Sequence record: NC_042098.1
DNA length: 64,000 nucleotides
Direction: 5' to 3' (one strand)
A program made the position numbers and the translations under genes. Each line of letters begins with the position of its first letter. Position 1 is the stretch's first letter. This document shows positions 9,901 to 19,394 of the stretch, piece by piece. The notes under the pieces are model-generated. The model made no database searches. It was not told the origin of the DNA and saw only the letters and a program-made list of their open reading frames with translations.

Positions 9901-11492
9901 AGCAACGTGTGCGTGGTGCCGAGCGTATCTCGGGTGCTATCTATCTGGAACTCGTGCGTTCAATGCGTATCCAGAAAGCGCGTGCTACGTCATCGAAGGT
10001 GGGCTTGGAATTACACCCAGATGCAGTCTGGTTTGATTTGATGCAGGATACCTCCGCGATTCCGGTCGAAGAGTGTAACCCGATTCACAACATCAAAGAC
10101 ATGGAAGTGATCACGTATGGTGGAAGCGGTGGACGTACCTCACGTTCCATGACCAAGCCGACACGTGAATACATCAAAGACAACATGGGGATGATCTCTG
10201 AAGCTTCGGTCGATAACGCCGATGTAGGGTATACCGCGTACATGTCGATGGACCCGTTGATGACCGACCTGCGAGGGAACACCCAAGCGGCGACCGATGA
10301 CACCAGTCCGACGCATATCGTGTCAACCTCGGCGTTGTTAGCCCCAGCGGCTGACCGTGATTCACCGAACCGTACCAACTTCATTTCGATTCAGCACTCC
10401 CAGGCAATGTATGCGGACGGGTATCAAACCACCCCGTATCGTACTGGCGCTGAGCGTATGATTGCACACCGTGCCTCTAAGCTGTTTGCCTATGCAGCGG
10501 AAGAAGATGGTGTGATTACCGAGATCTCTGCGAAGCACTTAATGGCGCAGTACAAAGATCGTCGGGTTGGGGTCGAGCTCGGGATTCGTTACGGCAATGC
10601 TTCCGGTACCACGTATGTGCATCCGATCATCACCGACATGGCGGTAGGGCAGACGTTTAAGAAAGGTGACATTCTGTGTTGGAACCGAAATTACTTTGAA
10701 CGTGATTTCATGGAACCGATGCAGTGCTCTTGGAAGGCAGGGGCGATGGTGCGGGTTGCATTAATGGAAGAAGAGTTTACCTTTGAAGACTCCTCGGTCA
10801 TTTCGCAAACCACTGCCAAACGTCTTGGAACCCGGACGGCGAAGCCAATTGCTATTACAGTTGACTTCACTCAAGAGGTGCGTAACTTACTCCCGGTCGG
10901 CACGCAAGTAGACCCGGAAACTATTTTATGTACCCTGGAAGATCCAGTCACGGCGAACCTTGGGCAGTTTGATGACGAGTCATTCGACAGTTTACGAATC
11001 CTTGCCAACAAAAACCCGAAAGCCAAAGTTACCGGTGAGATCGCAAGGATCGAAGTAACGTATCGCGGCAGTGTCGATGACATGTCCGAATCGTTAGGGT
11101 TGATCGCGAACCGCTCTGACCGTGAACGCACTAAACTCAATCGTCAGCTGGGTAACAATGAAGCGAACACCGGTGAGTCATTGACACCGATTCGTGTTCA
11201 AGGGACTCCACTGGAAGCCAACCAGGCGATCATCGAAGTTTACGTCATCACCCCAATGCCGACACTGTCAGGCGATAAAGGGGTGTTTGCTAACCAGATG
11301 AAATCCACCTTCGGGTCGATCATGCCAGATGGTATCACGACCGCCTCCGGCAAACGCCTGGATGCGAAGTTTAGTAACAAGAGTATTGCCAACCGTATGG
11401 TAACCTCTCCTTACGTGATGGGCACCACCAACGTCCTTCTTGACACCATTACCCGTAAAGCCTGTGCGATGTACAAACGTCTCAAAGGTTAA
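6909..11492 (+). CDS. Virion RNA polymerase beta subunit, large part (phiKZ gp178-like)
   Basis: 1527 aa. Beta-like motifs RKQRVDIP, DRDSPNRTNFISIQHSQ, FEDSSVIS, GDKGVFANQMKS, LDAKFSNKSIANRM. Adjacent to the beta' gene. Confidence 0.92.
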   Translation: MILYNAFFRRTVVRKKEQIFGPRFLQLSQFELPRGSLLHYIPTDLTEQGIENNDLLINRYSDDIYIDHVPQIQTPLGNPQRKPISLMPAIKRYHNTHRRFKLVRNINSVIRNKLYMIVENYAIAQHQLVYRPAMYSNYYRWYNMQYTVMHNMTRLQGESDRNQFVYLPIPASLPQLAQLKIYEERLSAGLDKVSNGTGLENFDDLSAEARIGYAMEAMLEYQDTADLSQPMARDQAMAFQTLVMNATNDTVNLAQRIPGYYNGDAGSVLRVGMEALGAYASKVMNFTPQLSMAVMNRLRTPADYWFIHFWMWLGNQREASLFSMLDHDKLDKIHLVLGNVGAYSVIRLDILDQWRTEILSKTSNPETAVQNFRKHILKFLTRLFDVKNGNELVIEHLDDGADAHEVGEEGQEIAPEQGSVVPPTADTGLFGTELPTLDDPAPVVAPSTKKGTSKGKDIGSALNDEEPIDAVDLYETRTLADDIDDDEFNHDTESRRGEAAAYTDMTTNPEDGVLLYLERLSDAGVLTVAEYKRFQQLAVAYKNIPNPVGEGTLADLMIIDPSKVTDLGGLDAPDSISIIDKGLLKSSTKDFDKNYIKNLMEADILNAVLSIQNSGVAIIDYQREEKKDARNSYVVYSVQVQPVGGKVTTLRFRVPKLNEDGTSVVNGVKSRLRKQRVDIPIRKVSASKVSLTSYYGKLFMERSELSVHNYSEWLSRRIKALAIADTPEITRLVLGRSFDPKVRVPHLYAILASQFKGFQYLDYTFNFNRREMVAVFGEEVIEKYAENRFVVCGMIEDSPLLMDDNGTLYQANNDVLSNLGDFETLIGLDVSKAPIETVVLGVFRQKVPIGVILAYYYGLGAMIEQFNLQVRTANRGERYQLTKDERAILFNDEVLIFNRTDRLGAMLLNGFNSYAKEVSRFSRYDFDRKSVYLNVLSSAGMGVRWLREFDLMREMYIDPITREELLKMNAPVKFDLLLVHGTKMLLNDQHIRETSFREQRVRGAERISGAIYLELVRSMRIQKARATSSKVGLELHPDAVWFDLMQDTSAIPVEECNPIHNIKDMEVITYGGSGGRTSRSMTKPTREYIKDNMGMISEASVDNADVGYTAYMSMDPLMTDLRGNTQAATDDTSPTHIVSTSALLAPAADRDSPNRTNFISIQHSQAMYADGYQTTPYRTGAERMIAHRASKLFAYAAEEDGVITEISAKHLMAQYKDRRVGVELGIRYGNASGTTYVHPIITDMAVGQTFKKGDILCWNRNYFERDFMEPMQCSWKAGAMVRVALMEEEFTFEDSSVISQTTAKRLGTRTAKPIAITVDFTQEVRNLLPVGTQVDPETILCTLEDPVTANLGQFDDESFDSLRILANKNPKAKVTGEIARIEVTYRGSVDDMSESLGLIANRSDRERTKLNRQLGNNEANTGESLTPIRVQGTPLEANQAIIEVYVITPMPTLSGDKGVFANQMKSTFGSIMPDGITTASGKRLDAKFSNKSIANRMVTSPYVMGTTNVLLDTITRKACAMYKRLKG

Positions 11493-11513
11493 CGGCGCAA
11501 CTGCAAGGTGATA

Positions 11514-12230
11514 ATGATGAACAAAGACATTTTAGAAGTCCAGCAGATGTTAATCGGCGGTGGCTTCAATGTCGGGAAAGCAGGTGCAGACGGTCTCTAT
11601 GGCCCGAGTACTCGTGAAGCCCTTCGTCAGTGTATTGCCAAAGCAACCACCGGTGGGGCCGCAAGCCCCACCACTCCTATCGTTAGCACTGGCGATAGTT
11701 ATGACCTGGCCTGGAGTGCAAAAGTCACTCCAGAGTTTTGTCGTAAGGTTGAGCACATGGCACAAGCACTGCTACTGCCCGCTGATGGCGCCAACAACTT
11801 CATGGCCTGCATGGCTTTTGAAACCGGCGAAACCTTCAGCCCCAGTATTCAAAACGGCGCCGGTGCACCTTACTATGGTTTGATTCAGTTTGGTGCCGAT
11901 GCAGCTATCGATTTGAAAACCACCACTGATGCACTGCGTAAGATGTCAGCGTTTGATCAGCTGGATTACGTGTACGAGTTCTTCCGTCCGTATGCTGGCA
12001 AGCTTAAAACGCTGAGCGACATCTATATGCGTATTCTTTGGCCACGTGCTGTTGGGCAGCCAGAGTCGTATGAGTTGTGGAACAAAGTCAGTCGCCCTAC
12101 CACCTATCTTCAAAACCGCGGTTTGGACATCGACAAAAATGGTTCGATAACCAAAGCCGAGGCTGCGCAGATGGTGACGGCAAAATTAACGCGTGGCATG
12201 CAACCACAATTCCGTCGCAAGTTAACATAA
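11514..12230 (+). CDS. Modular endolysin: N-terminal peptidoglycan-binding domain plus lysozyme/transglycosylase-like catalytic domain
   Basis: VQQMLIGGGFNVGKAGADGLYGPSTREAL (PG_binding_1-like DGxYGxxT), then MACMAFETGETFSPSIQN...YYGLIQFG (catalytic Glu and GLIQF of the lysozyme-like fold). Confidence 0.85.
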   Translation: MMNKDILEVQQMLIGGGFNVGKAGADGLYGPSTREALRQCIAKATTGGAASPTTPIVSTGDSYDLAWSAKVTPEFCRKVEHMAQALLLPADGANNFMACMAFETGETFSPSIQNGAGAPYYGLIQFGADAAIDLKTTTDALRKMSAFDQLDYVYEFFRPYAGKLKTLSDIYMRILWPRAVGQPESYELWNKVSRPTTYLQNRGLDIDKNGSITKAEAAQMVTAKLTRGMQPQFRRKLT

Positions 12231-12254
12231 GTTTTTATCAGTAAGGAGAGGTGT

Positions 12255-12455
12255 ATGTCACAGGTTAGCCTGTATGATAACGCAAACGTCGTCGCGAACA
12301 TCATCAGTGTCACTGCTGCAGTGCATGAAGCTGTCGCCGGCAATGAGATCGCTGCATTGAGTTCGCCAAAAGACCCGGGGGCGTTAAGCTACCTGATCGC
12401 TGCGAAGCTGCAAGCGCGCATGGCTTCAATGATTGCCAACGGAGCCAATAAATGA
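12255..12455 (+). CDS. Small hypothetical protein (66 aa)
   Basis: Strong RBS (AAGGAGAGG); stop overlaps the next ATG. Confidence 0.7.
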   Translation: MSQVSLYDNANVVANIISVTAAVHEAVAGNEIAALSSPKDPGALSYLIAAKLQARMASMIANGANK

Positions 12456-13990
12456 TCAGAAAAAATGAAGCTGCTGCCGGTGTAGAACTGGCACAGTTAC
12501 TCACCCGTTCTGGTGTGAGTTTAGTTGCTCAGGACAACCTGCCACTGGGCGCCCTGCGTCTGGCCACGGAAGTGGTTACACCTGTTAGCGATGATGATGT
12601 CGAAGCCACACTGGTAAATCGCACGAAAGCGGTGATGCTGGGTGGAGTAGAAGAAGATGGGTCACCGCGCATGATTCCGTCTGAACACGGTTATGCCAAA
12701 AGTCGTCTGGTTGATGCGATGGCTGCCGGTGTAAAAGCGGTGATCAGTGCGGCTCGTACTACGGTCATTCCGTTGATCCGCAGTTCACACGATGCGGTGG
12801 ACAAATATGTCGCTGAGAAAACTGACCCGCTGGCGATGATGCCGGACCTGGCCGTTTACAACTATGACGCGGTGTGGGATTCGCAGATCGTCGATGGTGT
12901 GGTTACACACTACGCACAAGTAGCGCTGGTTGGCATGCCGATCGTTAGCCTGCCCGATCTGAGCGATGAGCAATTGGCTGAGCTGGTCTCTTCTGGTTCA
13001 TCTGAGCTGCGTGACTTTGTTCAGCGTCTGACTGCGTCTAAGCCGGATCTGGTACGGGCGATCTATCAGGTGTGGTTCCAGGGTGCAGCGGTGTCTGATT
13101 CGGATGACTTCAGTTATCTGAGCCGCTCACTGACGGTGACTGCGGATGCACGTGCGTTGGCGATTACCGGTAATGATCCACTGGATGTGCGTCGTTCGTA
13201 CGAACCTATCGTGCTGGCGTATCTGATGGCTGACAACCTGTACAACAACCCGGTTGCGGGTTCAGGTCTGGGTGCTGATCGCTATGCCATGGTAACGTCT
13301 GCCTTCCGGGCGCACTTTGCCAAATGCATGGAGCGGATCTATCGCGTGCGTTCCGGTAACCTTGATCGTAAGATCCTGGTCATTAGCATGCCGGTGGTTG
13401 ACTCTTGGCGTTCTTATGCGCTGACCGGTGAACGTCTGCTGATCAATGGCGATGTGTATAAATGGTACCTGGAAGCCGGTGGGTCGGTGGAAGCGCTGGT
13501 TGGGAACTGCTATACGGAGCGTTCTATTAATGCCCGTACTATCCTCGACGCCAAAGACCGTCTCGAAGCGGAGTTTGCGCGTATTGGTAGCATGGCCAAA
13601 TCCATTGCGGTCACTAACCTGCACACGCTGACTATCCAGGGTATTTTGAACGTGGTGGAAAACCATGTGGTCAACGAGATCGATATCGAAGCGTGGGATA
13701 AGATGTACAGTAAGTACAACTACACCACGACCAAGAACGATGCGATCACGGATGTGCGTCATTACTTATCTTCTATTCAGAACGTTTCGACGTATGAAGC
13801 AGTGGATAATGTCCTGACCTATATCTTCGCCTCGATGATCTACGGTCCGCTGGAAACTGCGCCGTTCATGCTGGCCATGGCAACGTACCCTGATCAGACG
13901 CTGTCGCCACGTGAGATTGCGGCCCATGTTGAAATCGACATGGTGCTCGACAACCTGCTGAACATGACGTACTACCGCGGCCTGCGTTGA
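12452..13990 (+). CDS. Virion head protein (phiKZ gp177 / SPN3US gp243-like by synteny)
   Basis: 512 aa ORF in the conserved position between vRNAP beta and beta'-C/protease. Function inferred from gene order only. Confidence 0.6.
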   Translation: MIRKNEAAAGVELAQLLTRSGVSLVAQDNLPLGALRLATEVVTPVSDDDVEATLVNRTKAVMLGGVEEDGSPRMIPSEHGYAKSRLVDAMAAGVKAVISAARTTVIPLIRSSHDAVDKYVAEKTDPLAMMPDLAVYNYDAVWDSQIVDGVVTHYAQVALVGMPIVSLPDLSDEQLAELVSSGSSELRDFVQRLTASKPDLVRAIYQVWFQGAAVSDSDDFSYLSRSLTVTADARALAITGNDPLDVRRSYEPIVLAYLMADNLYNNPVAGSGLGADRYAMVTSAFRAHFAKCMERIYRVRSGNLDRKILVISMPVVDSWRSYALTGERLLINGDVYKWYLEAGGSVEALVGNCYTERSINARTILDAKDRLEAEFARIGSMAKSIAVTNLHTLTIQGILNVVENHVVNEIDIEAWDKMYSKYNYTTTKNDAITDVRHYLSSIQNVSTYEAVDNVLTYIFASMIYGPLETAPFMLAMATYPDQTLSPREIAAHVEIDMVLDNLLNMTYYRGLR

Positions 13991-13997
13991 TTAAATC

Positions 13998-14735
13998 TTG
14001 GATGAAAACATGGACCTGTCTAAATTAATACGTGATAAAGATCGGGTCCGTGCCAACCTTGTAAAGCTTGACGACAACTCAGTAGTTGCAAAAGGGGGAT
14101 GTAAGATTTACATCCCTGGTCGTTATGTCAACAAAGGGCTGGCAGGGATCGGCGACACGATCTGGACGGTGGGAATCTTTACCATCGTGACTGACTCGGG
14201 CTTTTATTGTACTGCGCTGGGGCCGGCAACCATTACGCTGGACCCGACTGATATTCGTCAAGTGAAAGTGGATGGTAACCCGTACTACGAGTTCTCTTTT
14301 GAACCCGGAGCGACGGTAATCCAATCTACCATCGTTGGTAAAAACGATCGTCTGATCGGTCCGTTGTTTAATGAGTTCCTGATTAACGGGAACGTGCCTT
14401 ACGGGTTTAATCTGCTGGACCTGATCAAGTTGTTCAAGTTATCACAAAAGTACTGTGGGTTTACCATGGGTACGAACAACCAGATCTTCGAAGCGATCGT
14501 TAACATCGTGGCACGTGATAGCAAAGACCTGAACAAGCTGTATCGCTATACGGTGAACTCGCTGGATGAGATCTACACCAATCCGCCAACCATTATTGGG
14601 CTGCGCAATGCGGCGAAGACCTCAACCAATACCGTGGCGAAACTGGTGGGGAGTTATTTTGCTGACGGTCTGGTCTCTGCCTTGATCAGCCCGTCTGATC
14701 GTGTTGAAGGCGTAGAAGAGATTCTGAGGAAATAA
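13998..14735 (+). CDS. Virion RNA polymerase beta' C-terminal subunit (phiKZ gp176 / SPN3US gp244-like)
   Basis: C-terminus IGLRNAAKTSTNTVAKLVGSYFADGLVSAL...EEILR resembles the beta' C-terminal clamp region. Lies just upstream of the protease gene. Confidence 0.7.
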   Translation: MDENMDLSKLIRDKDRVRANLVKLDDNSVVAKGGCKIYIPGRYVNKGLAGIGDTIWTVGIFTIVTDSGFYCTALGPATITLDPTDIRQVKVDGNPYYEFSFEPGATVIQSTIVGKNDRLIGPLFNEFLINGNVPYGFNLLDLIKLFKLSQKYCGFTMGTNNQIFEAIVNIVARDSKDLNKLYRYTVNSLDEIYTNPPTIIGLRNAAKTSTNTVAKLVGSYFADGLVSALISPSDRVEGVEEILRK

Positions 14736-14737
14736 CT

Positions 14738-15439
14738 GTGGACAACACTACGGCGATTAGCATCAATAACTTTTTGGACTTGTTCCCGAACACCATCCGC
14801 AACAATGTGGAGATCTTACAAGCCCCGGAAGGCGGTGAGGTGGTTTTCCATATTAGCACTAACCCGAAGATCAAGTTGTTTGAACCTCGGGTCTCTCGCC
14901 GTACCATGAATAAAGAAGACCGTAGTGTTCCTCGTATTTCTGCTGCTGCCACGTTAAATGGCTGCCTGTCTGGATACGCTGCGGCGATCTATGATTGGGA
15001 AGGGGTGTCTGCAGGGTGGGTCGGTGGCTGGAAGATTTACGCACTGACGTATGACATTGCACTAAAACCAAATAAAAAGATTCTGGCGGATGCAGAGAGC
15101 ACAGAAGAGATTTGGCTTGTCGGCTACGATAAAGAACACCGGGCTTATCCCGCTGTCCCGATGGGTGAGGTCTTTTTTGTTTCGGTTGCTCGTCAAACTA
15201 CCGGTGATAAGAACCGACCGCGCAAGACGGCAGTCGTGGCTTATCTGCGGGTTGGTGAAGGTTACACTTTGCCGTTGAACAAAACTACGTTATTACGCTC
15301 GGGCTTTTACCAGATCACGTATAACGATTATTACCAGGCGATGGATGTACGTAATCCTCAGGACATAATCGTTAAGCCGATCTCAGCTGCCGTTTACGGT
15401 GAGTATAAAAAACTCGATGCCGGGCTACTGAGCTTCTAA
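14738..15439 (+). CDS. Hypothetical protein (233 aa)
   Basis: GTG-start ORF tightly packed in the operon; no motif recognised. Confidence 0.7.
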   Translation: MDNTTAISINNFLDLFPNTIRNNVEILQAPEGGEVVFHISTNPKIKLFEPRVSRRTMNKEDRSVPRISAAATLNGCLSGYAAAIYDWEGVSAGWVGGWKIYALTYDIALKPNKKILADAESTEEIWLVGYDKEHRAYPAVPMGEVFFVSVARQTTGDKNRPRKTAVVAYLRVGEGYTLPLNKTTLLRSGFYQITYNDYYQAMDVRNPQDIIVKPISAAVYGEYKKLDAGLLSF

Positions 15440-15460
15440 TCTTTACTTCTCGGTGAAATC

Positions 15461-16249
15461 ATGCCAGCGAATATTTCTTTTACTTGCCAGACCCTGCGTG
15501 GCACAAATAAAGCAGGCCTGTTGAAGCCGGATGAGAATGGGTATTACACTGTTCTTCTGGGTGGGTTCAACTTACGTAACGAGATGGGGAACTTCTATCC
15601 ATTCAACAAATACCTGGAAGAGATCTTTAAAGCCAGCTCGACCTTTATGCGTCGTGTTGAGCGCGGTCACCTGCGCGGTGAGATGGATCACCCCCAACCG
15701 TGGAAGGGAATGACGGAGCGGGAATGGTTCAGTCGTCTGCGTAAGATCGACATGGGGAATGTTTCACACCACATCCGTCGCGTGACCCTGGACTTCCAGA
15801 ACTACCGGAGTCAGCATGGCGAAACGATGGTGGCGGTGCTGGGTGAAGTCAAACCAGGTGGCGGCCCAATCGGTGATCGTTTAAAAGCCTCGCTCGATAA
15901 CCCGGATGAAGACACCTGCTTCTCCATCCGTACCCTGACCCTGGACCAACCAATGGTGACGGGCGCCTGGCGTAAGGATGTCTATGAACTGGTCACCTGG
16001 GACTGGGTGCCTGAGCCGGGTGTGCGTAATGCCACCAAGTATCACTCCCCGGGCCTGGAGTCGTTCCAGGAATACCCAATCAGTGCACAGACGGTACAGG
16101 ATGTTCTGGCGACCGGTAATAATGGTGCAATGGGTTACGGGCTGGAATCCGGCGGTAGTGACATGGTAGGACTGAACAACCTGATGAAAGACTATGCAGT
16201 CGCACCGGGTCAGAAAATCCTGACACGTAAAGCGCATCTGCGTTGGTAA
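15461..16249 (+). CDS. Prohead (head maturation) serine protease (phiKZ gp175 / SPN3US gp245-like)
   Basis: LRGEMDHP (catalytic His), CFSIRT (catalytic Ser), VTWDWVPEPG (Asp region); T4 gp21-like. C-terminal tail has GLE self-cleavage-like sites. Confidence 0.88.
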   Translation: MPANISFTCQTLRGTNKAGLLKPDENGYYTVLLGGFNLRNEMGNFYPFNKYLEEIFKASSTFMRRVERGHLRGEMDHPQPWKGMTEREWFSRLRKIDMGNVSHHIRRVTLDFQNYRSQHGETMVAVLGEVKPGGGPIGDRLKASLDNPDEDTCFSIRTLTLDQPMVTGAWRKDVYELVTWDWVPEPGVRNATKYHSPGLESFQEYPISAQTVQDVLATGNNGAMGYGLESGGSDMVGLNNLMKDYAVAPGQKILTRKAHLRW

Positions 16250-16253
16250 TCTG

Positions 16254-16282
16254 AAGAGGGGGCTTCGGCCTCCTCTTATGCC
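16254..16282 (+). terminator. Hairpin plus TTATGCC terminator
   Basis: AAGAGGGGGC-TTCG-GCCTCCTCTT then ATGCC, right after the protease stop. Confidence 0.75.
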
Positions 16283-16346
16283 GTCTGTAAAATTTAACGG
16301 GGATTGCCCTTAGTATGTACAAAAACCCAACAGGTAGGAAACCGTC

Positions 16347-16850
16347 ATGATTGACCTTCCCCACGTGCTGGCAAAGTCGATCTTTGCTATGCATGATCTG
16401 GCGCGCTTCGTTGAACGCTATCAGAGAGCCCACAGTGCCATTGTAACGACGTATAGCAATGCAGCCATGGCTTTGGATGTCTCTGAGAAGAAAAGCCGTG
16501 ACAACGTGTTAGCGGCGCTTTTAAAGGATATCAACATTATCCTTATTGGCAACCCCGATACACAACCCTGGCCGTTGGTCGATATGAACCCGTATCACAT
16601 CGGTCTGGCGTTCCGTCATGAGATGCTGAACCTCATGATGCAGGATGACATCGGCATGGAGCAGCTTAACCTGTTCATTAACAAAGTGTACTTCCCTGCG
16701 TTGGTATTAAAAGACCTGCAGACCATTTTGTTAACGCAAGGTAAATGCCCGCTGTATGACAAAGCGGTGGTGGATGCGATGGCGGGCTTAGCGCACCAAG
16801 CGGCTTGCTTGCGAACCAACAACGCATTAGAGGTACCGAAAGATGCCTGA
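16347..16850 (+). CDS. Hypothetical protein (167 aa)
   Basis: RBS GTAGGA; ORF. Confidence 0.7.
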   Translation: MIDLPHVLAKSIFAMHDLARFVERYQRAHSAIVTTYSNAAMALDVSEKKSRDNVLAALLKDINIILIGNPDTQPWPLVDMNPYHIGLAFRHEMLNLMMQDDIGMEQLNLFINKVYFPALVLKDLQTILLTQGKCPLYDKAVVDAMAGLAHQAACLRTNNALEVPKDA

Positions 16851-17016
16851 GCAGGATTTAGCTTTACTGGTGAAAATGATCGCTGCAGGATACCAGAGGC
16901 AGATTGAGGCGGAACGCTTCAATGGCATGAGTCCGAAAACCCTGCACTTAAAAGCACTGCGTCAAGCGGCGGATGAGATGATCAACCCCGGGGTGATGGA
17001 TTCAAAAAAATCATAG
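16843..17016 (+). CDS. Small hypothetical protein (57 aa, MPEQDLALLVKMIAAG...), below track cutoff
   Basis: ATG overlaps the previous gene's end; RBS-like AGAGGT; TAG at 17014-17016. Confidence 0.55.
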   Translation: MPEQDLALLVKMIAAGYQRQIEAERFNGMSPKTLHLKALRQAADEMINPGVMDSKKS

Positions 17017-17019
17017 CCC

Positions 17020-17027
17020 TATATTAC
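17020..17027 (+). promoter_or_regulatory. Early (vRNAP) promoter motif TATATTAC
   Basis: Exact match to the phiKZ early promoter consensus, upstream of an early-type gene cluster. Confidence 0.65.
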
Positions 17028-17102
17028 CCATGTGCTTTATACACTAAGTGTAAACACTATCGATAGCCATACACAAATTAACCCGTAAAAGGAAACTGTC
17101 AC

Positions 17103-17549
17103 ATGAGCAAGACCACTACTGAAGTCAACGCAGCTACCCGTACTCTGGCCGACTCACTGAAAGCAGCAATGACCGGCGGCGAGAAAGGTAACTATGCAAC
17201 GACTGAAACCTGGTATGCAGAAAACCTGCCAGAAGGTCTGACCATCGAACAGCGTCAGAAATTCCAGGAGCATGACACCACTGTGCTGGCAGCCGCCGCA
17301 TTGGCACTCGGTGAAGTGAGCGTTCCTGCAATGAAAGAAAACGGTGACATCACCGAAGCGACTGTTGCAGTTAATGTCGGTCATGACCGTATCACCGCAT
17401 CGGTGCTGCGCGATTACACCAACGGCAAAGAACAGTATCACGGTCACGTGATTGCGGCGTATGAAGTTAACAGCGCCGGCGCGAACAGTGGCCAGCTGGG
17501 TATTGCACTGAGCACCGTGCGTTCTCTGGCCGACGAACTGCTGGGTTAA
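17103..17549 (+). CDS. Hypothetical early protein (148 aa), probably highly expressed
   Basis: RBS AAGGA; strongly biased codon usage (CTG/ACC/GGC); downstream hairpin CATGGGAAG...CTTCCCATG. Confidence 0.8.
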   Translation: MSKTTTEVNAATRTLADSLKAAMTGGEKGNYATTETWYAENLPEGLTIEQRQKFQEHDTTVLAAAALALGEVSVPAMKENGDITEATVAVNVGHDRITASVLRDYTNGKEQYHGHVIAAYEVNSAGANSGQLGIALSTVRSLADELLG

Positions 17550-17721
17550 TCACTAACCCAAACTGTAACCATGGGAAGCCTAGACACCTTCCCATGTTAA
17601 ACATCCCTGGCTGCAATACTGCAGTCATTCACTTATAAGTGCGAAGTCAACTCAAGCACCCATAAGCGAACCGAAGCATTCGAAAAATAGACAAAGTAAT
17701 CAAAGGTATGGTCCGGAAACC

Positions 17722-19194
17722 GTGCCTTTCTTTACTGTGTTTAATTCCGAACACGGTACTCACCCTCTGCATTCAGAAAGAATGCCAATTGAAAGGATAA
17801 AGTACATGAAACTTAACATCTCTGCGAACATCATCAAATCCCCACTGCATGATGAGTTTGTGATCGCTGATCGTATCCAACTTGAAACGGACAACCTGTC
17901 TATCATGCTCAATGCGGTAGACATTAACGTTCCAATCGATAACATCAATACCGGGACGTACGGTAAGTTCAGTTATGAAGGTCGTCAGAAAGAAGGCAAC
18001 TGGATGAGCTACTGGGTCAACGTGAAAGCGAAAGACCTGATTGAACTGTACCCGCATGTTCACGCGCATCAGGCAGGTGCAGTGAGCAATCAAACACCTT
18101 ACGACTTCCAACTGACTATCGGTCATGGTATCGAAGCTCACAAGTTATTTGAGCGTGACACTAATCAACCTGAAAGTCGTTACATTGAAATGTATGGAGT
18201 GGAAGCCGGTAATGACGAGTTGGCTGTACGACAGGTGCTGAGTGCGCTTGCTGGTCAGTTACTGACCACGCATCGTGCTAACGCGCATTTCGTGAACATG
18301 GTCGGTGTGCATATTGCCGAGCAACTGATCCAGTTGGGGATGACTCACTTTAAACAAGGTGATATCAAATTCAATGGATTCCTGAAAACCCACAGCGGTC
18401 TGGTTCAAACTGAACGCTTGTGGCGTTTAGGCAACCCGGGTACCAGTAAACTGTCGCTGCGTCAAACTCTGCTCACGCAACAAATCGGACCTAACTCACG
18501 CACTACACATTTGATCAATCTCGATGAACATCATGTTTACGGTATCGACGGCAAATACCAGCAGCCGAGCGGCGGCAATGGATCAGGTATGATGAACACC
18601 AATTCATTTATACCTGGTCAACAGCAACAGATGATGATGCAACCAGAAGGTTATCCAAGTCAGCAGTTTGGTTACGGTATCCCTCCGCAGCATCAAATGG
18701 GGATGAACAACAATGGTTTCATGAACAACCTGAACTACCAGCAGATGCAACCGCAGTTTGGCGAAGGGTTGCGTAAAAAGTTACCGGGTATGGCGGAGTT
18801 GAATGTGCTCCTTGGTAGAACACAAGCGGGTACTGATTTGCCTGAGTCCATGGACGGTTTACATCAGCAGGTACCTGCCGTCAACAATCGTTCTCTGGTT
18901 GAAAGTGATCTGGGTCCACGTAACGAAGATACACCGATCCGTGGTAAGGTGAAGTATATCGAAGTAGCTCCTGTCTTGATTACTGAAGATAGCGCATCAA
19001 TTGTCAACGATGGTAGCCATAACGCATATGGCGTGTATCGTCGTGAAGAACTCGGTGGCGGTAACCTTGCCGTGCATATCGGTGACTTCCTGGACGGTGG
19101 GCTCGCTGTAGCGTACGCAACCAAAATGGGTAAGTTCTTCAATGTTGATGTCGAAGACTATGTTAGTCCTGCGCCTGCAGAATATAACAAGTAA
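17722..19194 (+). CDS. Hypothetical protein (~460-490 aa) with a Q/M/N/G-rich low-complexity segment
   Basis: Long ORF; true start probably a later ATG (about 17780 or 17806). Confidence 0.75.
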   Translation: MPFFTVFNSEHGTHPLHSERMPIERIKYMKLNISANIIKSPLHDEFVIADRIQLETDNLSIMLNAVDINVPIDNINTGTYGKFSYEGRQKEGNWMSYWVNVKAKDLIELYPHVHAHQAGAVSNQTPYDFQLTIGHGIEAHKLFERDTNQPESRYIEMYGVEAGNDELAVRQVLSALAGQLLTTHRANAHFVNMVGVHIAEQLIQLGMTHFKQGDIKFNGFLKTHSGLVQTERLWRLGNPGTSKLSLRQTLLTQQIGPNSRTTHLINLDEHHVYGIDGKYQQPSGGNGSGMMNTNSFIPGQQQQMMMQPEGYPSQQFGYGIPPQHQMGMNNNGFMNNLNYQQMQPQFGEGLRKKLPGMAELNVLLGRTQAGTDLPESMDGLHQQVPAVNNRSLVESDLGPRNEDTPIRGKVKYIEVAPVLITEDSASIVNDGSHNAYGVYRREELGGGNLAVHIGDFLDGGLAVAYATKMGKFFNVDVEDYVSPAPAEYNK

Positions 19195-19219
19195 TTAGTT
19201 TCCTGATAACAATAATAAC

Positions 19220-19242
19220 GGCCCGGGGTAACACTTGGGCCG
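19220..19242 (+). terminator. Hairpin after the 490-aa gene
   Basis: GGCCCGGG-GTAACA-CTTGGGCC; further hairpins with U-tracts follow to about 19360. Confidence 0.5.
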
Positions 19243-19394
19243 AGCTGTCTTTTTCCGCCATGGGGGGTTTCTGTTCCCCCTCTTTTTTTTTATCCTAATT
19301 CACAAAGAGGTAGCCGGCAATGACCGGCTGCCCTTTCATACCACTCTTTTTTTTTTATTAAGATTACACACAGCATCCTCAATAGGTGACCATC

